From assembly GCA_032718475.1 (NCBI GenBank), contig JAUCBJ010003086.1:1-64000 (forward strand): a stretch of DNA of 64,000 nt. The letters run 5' to 3'. The notes below the pieces were generated by a model. It had not been told where the DNA came from and searched no databases. It saw only the letters and a list, made by a program, of their open reading frames with translations. This stretch comes from Nemertoderma westbladi. Taxonomy: Eukaryota; Animalia; Xenacoelomorpha. This document shows positions 25,551-36,583 of this stretch, one piece after another (position 1 is the stretch's first letter; each line of letters begins with the position of its first letter). A program made the position numbers and the translations under genes.

Positions 25551-26982
25551 TTGTTTTGGTAATTATTTTATGTGATAGGAATATATTGCTGTGGACTCGT
25601 CCTGTCAGGAAATATGTGGATATGTTTTTTGAGTGAGATGTTTCAATAAAAACATTAACTAGGCTTATCTAACTAATCACTAATGTCTAACAATGAATTA
25701 CATTTCAAACGTGATGGACTGGGGGTATTATTGATTTTGATTTGATTGCCTGGAGTAGATCGGTTCGTTAAGACTAACGGATCGGATAGGTTCAATGTTT
25801 TATTTACACTTCGGATTACTAACCTGAAATCATTTTTTAGTCATCATGGATACTTTGGCAGATTTTTAATTGGTTCACAATTGATTGCAATCTTGTTACA
25901 TCCTTGAAGGGTTGTAAAACCAGGTTCAATAATTATGTATGCTTTTACCGCCCATGTATGAACAATTAACATGTATAGCATAATATGTATTAACAATTTA
26001 TCATCCTTGCTGCTTGCATTTTGACATGGCGCAATTCCGGTTAGTTTTTGGAGAAGCCTCATCTAATTGGGGACCCGCTCCCCTCTTTTTCAGTCTGCCC
26101 CCCTGTATGTCGTACTGCCTCCTCCCATTGAAACTGCGCCCTCCTTTGGGGAACCAATCCCCACTTTTAGGGGACGTCCCCTTTCATTGGGGCCGGCACC
26201 ATATCTTTTTATTAGAACCTACTCCCTCCCTTTTGGAGATCCCCCTCTCCCCAAAGTGTGTTAACTCATATCGGATTGATTTAATCCTTAAATATTCATT
26301 TAAATATTGTTGTAGTGTATACGGAATACTAACATAAATAATTGTATGTAAGTGTGGGCCTAATGTTTACTTCAGGGAACTGTAACTACTGTATCACTAT
26401 TTTTAGACGTTACTATACTGTTTCTAACATTGCGTTGTTTGCATTATTTTCTAACTGTTTATCAATTAATTAAATAATTTATTATTGGTTACTTAACTAA
26501 TGTACATCGTATCTCATATCATTAGTAATTGTAATATATTATAATTTCTACATAAAAATATAATTATTATATAGGTTTGTTACATCGTGCAGTACAGTAT
26601 ATAAATAATTTACATTCAATTTATTAATACATTAAACCAATGGTTCCAACTCTCGGTTGCCAATTCGAAGGTAGATGTTTAGCTACTGTATAGTTGCAGG
26701 TATAAAAACAATGTTAATTAATATTTTAGAAGTTAAAGTTGACGCCCCAAAACGCTCTCAGCCGTACCGGTAGTGTTAGAAATAATCACCGTTCGGAGTT
26801 GTTACCAATGCTAGTGTCTCAATCTGATTCAAATGAAATGCATTTACAATTTGATATCCTGTGTAGTTAATTAGTCTGTTCTTCTTTACAAAATAGCACA
26901 AATTTAGCACGATGCGTTATTAACATTTTTATTGTTTTGATATTAAAAATAAATTTGTGTACAGAAGATTTGGTATTGAAGT

Positions 26983-28218
26983 TCATTTCTTTATAAGCGT
27001 TTCCACAAGAGCGCCTTTTAATTTAATAAAATCGTCTTTTTTGCTATAAACATTACCAGAAATCCTCAACCACCTTCTTCCGTTGAAGGAATAGAACCAT
27101 TGCATTATGACTTGGTATTTCGCCATAATTGCGTTATTCAATTCTATTTCTTCCTCATGCGGTATTGGATCTCCAGGAATCTCTATCATTCTCATACAAG
27201 GCGCTTCCATACTCCTCGGTATCTCTAGTTTATCGGTTCCCAAGGCTTCTGCTATCATCTCCTGAGCCCAAGAGATTAGAGGCTCAACGTAACCGTGAAT
27301 GGCGTTAAACCCACCGATTGATTTATGGAAGTCGAGTCCTGCCGAAGCGCTCAGGTAGTTACTGATGTCCTGAGTGCCTTGATCGAAAAACTTATCCTGA
27401 AAAGTTCCGGTTTGGAAACTTGTAACTAGAGGTTTAACAGCTGTTTGGTACTCCGGCCGTACCCACATAACAGCGCACCCTCTAGGCGCAAACGCCCACT
27501 TGTGTAAATTTCCAACGTAGTAATCAACTCCAGCCTCTTCCATTTCCTTGAGGTCTACCGGTATTTGTCCGGGGCCGTGAGCTCCATCGACTACAATGAC
27601 CACGTTCAACTCCTTTAAAGTCGCTGCGATTCTGACAACCGGCCAAAGAATCGCACAACAACTACTGATGTGGTCCAATACTACAACTCTTATAGATCTG
27701 TTAGAGGAGCACGTCTTGTAGTAAAGGTCTACGATTTCCTCTTCTGATTTGATTGGTAAATGGACATCTAATTTAGTGACTTTCGTGGAATGTTTTTGAG
27801 CTATTTCTTCAACAATACGAGCTGTTGATGCGTATGTGTACATGTGCGCCAATATTACGCTGTTGGAATCTAACGATATACTTCTAAGAATTGTATTGAT
27901 TCCAGTTGTAGTGTTCGCGACAAAAACTACGTCTTTTTTGTCGGAATTAAGAAAAGAGGCGGTTCTTTCCAAAGAGGCGTTATATAGGTCGCGGCATGTG
28001 TTGCCATAGTGATAAAAATAATCCGGTTGCTTCTCCATTAAATCAATTAGCTGATATTTATAATTGAGAACTCGTTTAGGGCAGACACCATAGGAGCCGT
28101 GGTTGCAGAACGTCATGTCATTAAATGACAAACAGAATTCTTTCCTAATATCGTCTCCGAATGAGGGAGGATTATTGAAACAATCAGCTGGAGTTTCGTA
28201 AATTACTTTCGTTTTCAT
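26983..28218 (-). CDS. Class-V PLP-dependent C-S lyase (Egt2/LCD/CefD-like), type B paralog, intronless
   Basis: Same motifs; 411 aa; tandem paralog of 24327-25550 with divergent patches. Confidence 0.88.
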   Translation of the reverse strand: MKTKVIYETPADCFNNPPSFGDDIRKEFCLSFNDMTFCNHGSYGVCPKRVLNYKYQLIDLMEKQPDYFYHYGNTCRDLYNASLERTASFLNSDKKDVVFVANTTTGINTILRSISLDSNSVILAHMYTYASTARIVEEIAQKHSTKVTKLDVHLPIKSEEEIVDLYYKTCSSNRSIRVVVLDHISSCCAILWPVVRIAATLKELNVVIVVDGAHGPGQIPVDLKEMEEAGVDYYVGNLHKWAFAPRGCAVMWVRPEYQTAVKPLVTSFQTGTFQDKFFDQGTQDISNYLSASAGLDFHKSIGGFNAIHGYVEPLISWAQEMIAEALGTDKLEIPRSMEAPCMRMIEIPGDPIPHEEEIELNNAIMAKYQVIMQWFYSFNGRRWLRISGNVYSKKDDFIKLKGALVETLIKK

Positions 28219-29436
28219 TGCGATTGTCGTGGATTTGTTGCGGATTAAGATTTTGTAGATTGTGTATAAATTAATTTATGTAAATTTCGTTTGTTGACAA
28301 CTGTTCATTTATTATTAATTATTTAAACAATTATAATTATAGACAACAATAATTGAGTAGGCCTAACTATTGTAATAAGATAAGCCACTATTTTTTAACT
28401 ATAATTTTCTCGGATTTGCATTTTCAAAATATTTAGTTTTTAGAAAATTTGGTTAACACTTGGATTGGAGATGTGGAAATACAAGTAACTCGAGAATTTA
28501 ATGACCTTTTAATCTTCTCTGAAATTATTTATTTCTCATAATAAATTATAATAAAAACTCCACTGTTTTGGCAGCACCAGTACAAAATCTGATGAAATTT
28601 TGAAAAAGCAGAAAATATGTTTATTTGAAACAATTTGAAAAGACATTCGACTATTCTAACAATCAACTATACTTATTTAAATTTAAAGAATATTCCTTGA
28701 TAAGTACTGGTAAATATTGTACTTTGATATTCACAATATACATTGTCAAAGTAAACAAAACAAAGAACCTGACCACCCGACCCATGACCTATTCTATAGA
28801 ACCCGATGAGCAATGTTGGGTGAGAGCTGCGGTAACTAATTATTATATTTTTAATATTTAATCGTGGGACGGAATAATGTCCTCAACTAAACTTTAAATT
28901 ATTTAGTTTATATCCGATTGGTATAATCCATAAGGAATTTGAGTTTAGTACCAAACCGTAAACTATATATCAATTGCGTTATAAACTCATACTAATTAGT
29001 AAACTATATATCAATTACGTTATAAACTCATACTAATTATTTTGTATTTAATATATTGTCGGGTGTAGATAACCTTTCTTAACAAGCACTGAAACAAAAT
29101 TTTGATAATCAATCAAAATATTTGTTCTCGCATAAAAAGCACATCTGCATCTTAAGGGTGGCCGTATTTATTATCAATAACGGAATCAGTACTAAAGTAT
29201 ATAATCAATGTACTAGATTTAAATTTATCTGCTATGGTGGTAAGGCGGGTGAGTATTTTCAATCCTTACTTTTTTAATAATCGTAAATTATTATCCGAGG
29301 CTGCAATCTGTGACTTTATGCAACTCTAATGTACTGTACTATCGAACTTGCGTATCGATGTAGTACGTCACTCCATTTTCTATATCTAAGTGAGCTAAGT
29401 AGCTATGGGAGTCGGCGAACGTGAAAACCGCCACTG

Positions 29437-30540
29437 GAAACCCCAACACGGAATGTGTTAGCTAGATAGTGTGCTGAAAACCCCAACACGGAATGTGTTA
29501 GCTAGATAGTGTGCTGAAAACCCCAACACGGAATGTGTTAGCTAGATAGTGTGCTGAAAACCCCAACACGGAATGTGTTAGCTAGATAGTGTGCTGAAAA
29601 CCCCAACACGGAATGTGTTAGCTAGATAGTGTGCTGAAAACCCCCAACACGGAATGTGTTAGCTAGATAGTGTGCTGAAAACCCCAACACGGAATGTGTT
29701 AGCTAGATAGTGTGCTGAAAACCCCAACACGGAATGTGTTAGCTAGATAGTGTGCTGAAAACCCCAACACGGAATGTGTTAGCTAGATAGTGTGCTGAAA
29801 ACCCCAACACGGAATGTGTTAGCTAGATAGTGTGCTGAAAACCCCAACACGGAATGTGTTAGCTAGATAGTGTACTGAAAACCCCAACACGGTATGTGTT
29901 AGCTAGATATTGTGCTGGAAACCCCAACACGGAATGTGTTAGCTAGATAGTGTGCTGAAAACCCCAACACGGAATGTGTTAGCTAGATAGTGTGCTGAAA
30001 ACCCCAACACGGAATGTGTTAGCGAGATAGTGTGCTGAAAACCCCAACACGGAATGTGTTAGCTAGATAGTGTGCTGAAAACCCCAACACGGAATGTGTT
30101 AGCTAGATAGTGTGCTGAAAACCCCAACACGGAATGTGTTAGCTAGATAGTGTGCTGAAAACCCCAACACGGAATGTGTTAGCTAGATAGTGTGCTGAAA
30201 ACCCCAACACTGAATGTGTTAGCTAGATAGTGTGCTGAAAACCCCAACACGGAATGTGTTAGCTAGATAGAATGCCGAAAACCCCAACACGGAATGTGTT
30301 AGCTAGATAGTGTGCTGAAATCCCCAACACGGAATGTGTTAGCTTGATAGTGTGCTGAAAACCCCAACACGGAATCTGTTAGCTAGATAATGTGCTGAAA
30401 ACCCCAACACGGAATGTGTTAGCTAGATAGTGTGCTACAAACCCCAACACGGAATGTGTTAGCTAGATAGTGTGCTGAAAACCCCAACACGGAATGTGTT
30501 AGCTACATAGTTTGCTGAAAACCCCAACACGGAATGTATT
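29437..30540. repeat. 40-bp tandem array (aaaaccccaacacggaatgtgttagctagatagtgtgctg), ~27 copies
   Basis: Period 40, highly homogeneous; lies in the spacer of the inverted duplication. Confidence 0.95.
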
Positions 30541-30953
30541 AGGTAGGTAGTAGGTACTACTGCATGACAGCCAGACGGGATTCAGTTAAACATGTAAACT
30601 AACATCGGAAATGTAATCACCACCCATATTAAACACTTTAGCTATAGCTGGTGCGCTTTACTATATATTTTTGATGTTGACAGACAGACAGACCAACGAT
30701 CGAATATACATCCTGCGTCAAGCCTCGTGTGCATAAACCAGTATTTCAAATAAAATCTGATTTCATCGTAAAATGCACACTTTCCTGGTGGGTCATTTCT
30801 TGACCCATCCGGTATCTATGTATCAGTTACTCACCCGCAAAGGGTAGGTTAACTAATTAATAATAAATTATCTATAATCAATTAAATAATTAAAAATGTA
30901 TAGTGGTTAACAAACAAAATTTACATAAATCACAATTTATAACACTTTACTGT

Positions 30954-31494
30954 AGTTGAACGTGGTCATTGTGGGTGGACGGAGCTCACAGCCCCTGTCT
31001 CTGTCAAATACCGGTAGATCTCACGAATACCATTACGGATGAAAGGTACGACCGGAGTACCAAACAGCTGTTAAACCTCTTGTTACAAGTCACTCCTATA
31101 AAGGAACTTTTCAGGACAAGTTTTCCGATCGAGGCACTCATCAGGACATCAGTAACTACCTGAGCGCTTCAGCAGGAGTCGACTTCCATAAATCAATCGG
31201 TGGGTTTAACGCCATTCACGGTTACGTTGAGCTTCTAATCTCTTGGGCTCAGGAGATGATAGCAGAAGCCTTGGGAACCGATAAACTAGAGATACCGAGG
31301 AGTATGGAAGAGCCTTGTATGAGAATGATAGAGATTCCTGGAGATCCAATACCGCATGAGGAAGAAATAGAATTGAATAAAAAGTCTTTCATCCGAAGAA
31401 GGTGGTTGAGGATTTCTGGTAATGTTTATAGCAAAACAGACGATTTTATTAATAATTAAAAGACTCCCTGGTGGAAACGCTTATAAAGAAATGA
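30954..31494 (+). pseudogene. 5'-truncated, frameshifted pseudogene of the PLP C-S lyase
   Basis: Fragments VDGAH, QIPVDL, MIAEALGTDKLEIPRSME, RRWLRISGNVYSK with deletions that remove the GNLHKW region. Confidence 0.88.
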
Positions 31495-31671
31495 ACTTCA
31501 CTTCAGTGGGGCGGTTTCAAAGAGTGGGGGGAGCCTCGAAGGGTGGGGGATACTAAAAAACTAACTGGAATTTCGCCATGTCAAAATAGAAGCAGTAAGG
31601 ATGATAATTTGTTAATATTATATACAATACGTTAAAGGTTGATACATGGGGTGGTAAATGCATACATAATT

Positions 31672-33615
31672 TTATTTACGAAGATACACCCTTAACAGGG
31701 TAAATTTAATTGCCAATATTTAAATAAAATTACGGATGTTAAAATATATATACAGTAAGCAAGTATAAACATTCGAGGGCAAGATGGACAAGATTATATA
31801 TGATACAGGTTTTCTGCGTTAGACCCATAGAATTCACAAATACACAGATTAAAGCGATCGTGATAAAGGCACTTTATTGCTGCGCAGACGATGATGGCAT
31901 CAATGCGCCGTTGTGCGGGTCACAACATGTCGTTCAGCTGCCTCGCACCTTTCCAAGAAGAACTTGTGAACGCAGGACCAAGTTAATATCCCTGGTTGGT
32001 AAAATTTGCCAATCGTTCAGATCTATGTTCCTTGTAAGCGTTAATTGCTTCCGAGTTAAACATTAAGGGGTGTTTATCGAAGAGGTCTTCCACTAATGAC
32101 TTTTCGCCGATGGCCTTTAAGGCTATTGTTGATGATGCAGTCTTATGTAAACGTAACATACGTTTAACGAATCTCGACTTGATTTTGTCAATCTCCTTCA
32201 AATTTGAGAGATTGAAATATATTGCTATCTCAGAAAAGGCATAAGTCGCTAAAGGCTCGATTTTCATGTTGAATATTTTCATTGCCGTAGAGATTGACAG
32301 ACGATGGAGATTTACTAAGCACACAGGAGCTGAAAATGATATAATTTTCATTTAGGCGATGTGTTTACTAAAACATTGCCGATGATACCATGCTCGAAGC
32401 ATGGGGGCGAGATCTGCGAAGAGCACTAAACAAGTCGGCGATAATGAGTCACCCTGGATTATTCCTCGTAAATGAGTTATTCATTTAGAAAACCGCAGGC
32501 CATCGGAAACTTTTATTGAGTTACTTGTTAACATTGCTTTAATAAAATTGAATAATTCCCTTTGATGCCGAATTGACTGTATATTTTCCATAATAAAACA
32601 GATCGATTTATGAAAGCAACATAAATAAATAACCTTTCGATTATGTTGCCCATGTAAAATATGTGTAATGATTGTCAGTAATTTTTTGATTGCCATTAAT
32701 GTAGATAATGTAGGTACAAATCCGAACTGTTCCAGCGGAATGAGGTGAGGGATATTGCACTGCACCCGTTTGTTGAAAATCGAAGTTATAAGTTTCAATA
32801 AGACACTGATCAAGGCTATATACCTCGATAGTGCTTATTGCCCATTGCGATGGAACAGAACCAATTTCAAGGCACACCTTTGAATGTGAATTATTTGCAG
32901 AAGATAAATCTTTATATGTTCATAAAAAACTCGGTCAGGCCCACAAGTCTTCTTTGACTTTGAATTATGGACTGCGTGTTCAACGGATTACTCACTACAC
33001 CAAGGATATTTTGAAAATGACCTGCTTCTATTACTCCTTGGGGGATCGGGGCAGGCTGATTATGTTTCGTCTCTTGGAAGAGCGTTCATGGGTTGATCTC
33101 GCAATGTTGGAGCCTCTCAAGTACTTGCATTTCCTCAAAGGTGATCTTTTTCTCATTTAGTAGTTGCTTGTAATCCCTTCTTTTACTCCAGTAGAGATTG
33201 TCAGCATCTTGGGAGTCCCCACGGCCTTTCATTGCTCGCAAGCGTTAATCTTTCACTCGTTGGCACGTCAGTAGAACCATGGCTTCCAAAAGGTCTCAGA
33301 ATTATCACCGAACTTTCTGTCACCCGAAGCGCTGTTTAACGACGATGTGAGCAAGTCAGTAGCAGTATCGATTCATTGATTAAAAGATCCTCAATGTTCA
33401 CTCACTGAAGGTTCCTGGATAAAATGTTCAGATTCAAGTTTCCTTTGAAAGAAGGCTGAAGTTCAATCTCATATGTATTATGACAATAGAGTTCGATGTT
33501 CAGCTGTAATTGTTGGTGTTTCCGTATAGGATTGCTTTTAATGGAAACAGACGGAGTTCTAATTTGATGACAGGGCGATGTTGATGTGTTTCTGTTGAAG
33601 TAAAGATTGATGGTG
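31672..33615 (-). mobile_element. Degenerate LINE insertion with 9-bp TSD
   Basis: RT-associated fragments (IPLEQFGFVPTLSTLMAI, LKEIDKIKSRFVKRMLRL); TACATAATT at 31663-31671 and 33616-33624; the homologous spacer at ~25930 lacks the insertion. Confidence 0.75.
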
Positions 33616-34013
33616 TACATAATTATTTAACCTGGTTTTATAACCCTTGAAAGATGTAACAAGATTGCAATCAATTGTATTTGCCATACTTGTGAACCAA
33701 TTAAAAATCTGCCAATCTACATGACTAAAATGATTGTAGGCCATCAGGTTAGTAATCCGAAGTGTAAATAAAACATTGAACCTATCCGATCCGTTAGTCT
33801 TAATGAACCGATCTACTCCAGGCAATCAAATCAATAATACCCCCAGTCCATCACGTTTGTAATGTAATTCATTGTTAGACATTAGTGATTAGTGAGATAG
33901 GCCTAGTTAATGTTTTTATTGAAACATCTCACTCAAAAACATATCCACATACTTCCTGACAGGACGAGTCCACAACAATATATTCCTATCACATAAAATA
34001 ATTACCAAAACAA

Positions 34014-35237
34014 ATGGAGGTGGTTTATGAATCGTTAGATCACAGAAACGAGGATGTTCCCTCATTCGGAGATGATATTAGGAAAGAATTCTGTTTGTCA
34101 TTTAATGACATGACATTCTGCAACCACGGCTCCTACGGTGTCTGTCCTAAACGAGTTCTCAATTATAAATATCAGCTGATTGATTTAATAGAGAAGAAAC
34201 CTGATTACTTCAGCGGCGATACATGGCGCGATCTATATAACGCCTCTTTGGAAAGAACTGCTTCGTTTCTTAATTCTGACAAAAAAGACGTAGTTTTTGT
34301 CGCGAACACTTCAACTGGAATCAGCACGATCATCAATAGTTTACAATTAGATTCCAACAGTACAATTCTGCGACAGACACATACATATACCTCGACCGGA
34401 TACACTGTAGATGAAGTAACTAAGAAACATGCAGCGAACGTTATCAATTTACAAGTCCCCTTGTCAATCAAATCAGAAGAGGAAATCGTAGACCTTTACT
34501 ACAAGACGTGCTCCTCTAACAGATCTATAAGAGTTGTAGTATTGGACCACATCAGTAGTTGTTGTGCGATTCTTTGGCCGGTTGTCAGAATCGCTGCGAC
34601 TTTAAAGGAGTTGAACGTGGTCATTGTAGTGGATGGAGCTCACGGTCCCGGACAAATACCGGTAGACCTCAAGGAAATGGAAGAGGCTGGAGTTGATTAC
34701 TACGTTGGAAATTTACACAAGTGGGCGTTTGCGCTTAGAGGGTGCGCTGTTATGTGGGTACGGCCGGAGTACCAAACAGCTGTTAAACCTCTAGTTACAA
34801 GTCACTCCTATAAAGGAACTTTTCAGGATAAGTTTTTCGATCAAGGCACTCAGGACATCAGTAACTACCTGAGCGCTTCGGCAGGACTCGAATTCCATAA
34901 ATCAATCGGTGGATTTAACGCCATTCACGGTTACGTTGAGCCTCTAATCTCTTGGGCTCAGGAGATGATAGCAGAAGCCTTGGGAACCGATAAACTAGAG
35001 ATACCGAGGAGTATGGAAGCGCCTTGTATGAGAATGATAGAGATTCCCGGAGATCCAATACCGCATGAGGAAGAAATAGAATTGAATTTCACATTTATGA
35101 CTAATAACAAGGTTGTTCCTTGGTTCTACAGTTTTAATGGCAGACGCTGGATAAGGATATCTTGCAGCGTTTATAACAAGAAAGAAGATTACATTCTACT
35201 AAAAGATGCACTTCTAGAAACATTTAATACAACTTAA
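34014..35237 (+). CDS. Class-V PLP-dependent C-S lyase, recent inverted duplicate of type A
   Basis: 407 aa, only a handful of substitutions versus 24327-25550; flanks also mirror each other. Confidence 0.88.
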   Translation: MEVVYESLDHRNEDVPSFGDDIRKEFCLSFNDMTFCNHGSYGVCPKRVLNYKYQLIDLIEKKPDYFSGDTWRDLYNASLERTASFLNSDKKDVVFVANTSTGISTIINSLQLDSNSTILRQTHTYTSTGYTVDEVTKKHAANVINLQVPLSIKSEEEIVDLYYKTCSSNRSIRVVVLDHISSCCAILWPVVRIAATLKELNVVIVVDGAHGPGQIPVDLKEMEEAGVDYYVGNLHKWAFALRGCAVMWVRPEYQTAVKPLVTSHSYKGTFQDKFFDQGTQDISNYLSASAGLEFHKSIGGFNAIHGYVEPLISWAQEMIAEALGTDKLEIPRSMEAPCMRMIEIPGDPIPHEEEIELNFTFMTNNKVVPWFYSFNGRRWIRISCSVYNKKEDYILLKDALLETFNTT

Positions 35238-36129
35238 CTGTTACAAATTATACCAATCCAATATTAAAACTTGTATGATTTTCGTTTTCCATAAATGCCA
35301 TTCTGCATTAGACGATTCGCCATGTGGTGTTGGGATCACACTTCAATATATATAAGATTATTTTCAAATTGTATATTTGAGGCCCTTGGAGTTTGATGAT
35401 GGAAATTTAAATTAAATAAAATTTAGTATAATCATTTTTCCTAATTTAATACTTATTACATTGAAAACAATAGGCTTCTCCTTTTCCTCGCTACGCTCGT
35501 TCGGTAGATAAATGCACTCATTCCGGACTTTTAGTCCTGGGTTTTTCTTCACAAGACTTTTTGTGCAGGACTGAAAGCCTACTAAATCCGGAATTTACAA
35601 AATTGAGATTTGGGTATTATAATGTGTGTGAGTGTGGGGAGTTCCATAAATTATCAATTGCTGAAAATTATTCATAGTTTCAGTAGCTCAACTATCCATT
35701 TATTTTAAACAATTTATGTTCCATACGTGATATTTTTGTTATAGGCATTTTTGTAAAATCTGGATTGCATTTAAAATGCTTTGCAGATCATTCTAAGAGC
35801 AGTGTTTAAAATAAATAAAAAATGAGTCTTCTTATCTTTTGAAAGCTACCGGTAGTGTTTGTTTAATGTTAGCTAGTCCTGCTGCGTCCTACTGTAGATC
35901 GAGTAAGGCGTTTATTTTGCAATTAAGAAGAATTAGTCCTTACATATAGGAGGTTGTTTTCCGATGTAGGGTTGACAAAAAGACACTCATGGTCTTGATA
36001 ATGTAGATGAATTGGTGAGGTATATAGCTGATCGCGAACTCTGGCTCCTCCCCCTCTGCTGTTAACCGGTAAGGCAGGGCGCTACACTAACGAAGTTGGC
36101 GCAACCTTAGCGGACTGACACTTAGGGGG

Positions 36130-36495
36130 TGGATCAATAATGACAAATAGCTGTAGTTACGATTTTGACATGCTAATAACTTTGGCGAATTTAAAGCTTC
36201 TACCATGTGTCAAATACAATGAACACATCTCCAATCAGACTATATACAACATTGGAGGTGTTTTATTAGACCCCCTGGCTTGACAATTGAACGGAACCAC
36301 CTCCACTTTACAGGACATGCACTTTCGCCGTGAGGACCAGCCAGTGCATAATCTTGTACTTTGGCAGCCTCATGGAGTGAATAAGCATGGTGGATAGCCC
36401 ATTACTTTCTTGAGACGCATCTTAAAGGACACTGGCCTTGAAGGTACAGATGATCTAGCAAATGTCATCGCTGATAGAGGGAGTTGAGGAGGCGC
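36130..36495 (+). mobile_element. RTE-like LINE 3' fragment
   Basis: Degenerate GHA/C..EDQPV..LWQP..KDTGLE motif; reverse-complement copy at 42690-42844 plus 44514-44600. Confidence 0.6.
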
Positions 36496-36583
36496 AATTT
36501 TTTCGACACAGCATTCTTAATCTATATGTAACATATATAACGCAGCTGTAATGCAGCTTGCCGATAGTTGTAGTCGTACAGTA

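Noticed and set aside
29405-30550. 40-bp array as another splice-junction array
   Set aside because: No conserved donor or acceptor in the unit and no adjacent exon identified; only the last copy is followed by ag|gtaggt.
24327-35237. Bacterial contamination or a beta-lactam gene cluster
   Set aside because: Genes are embedded among eukaryotic transposons and spliced genes; no IPNS, ACV synthetase or operon structure is present.
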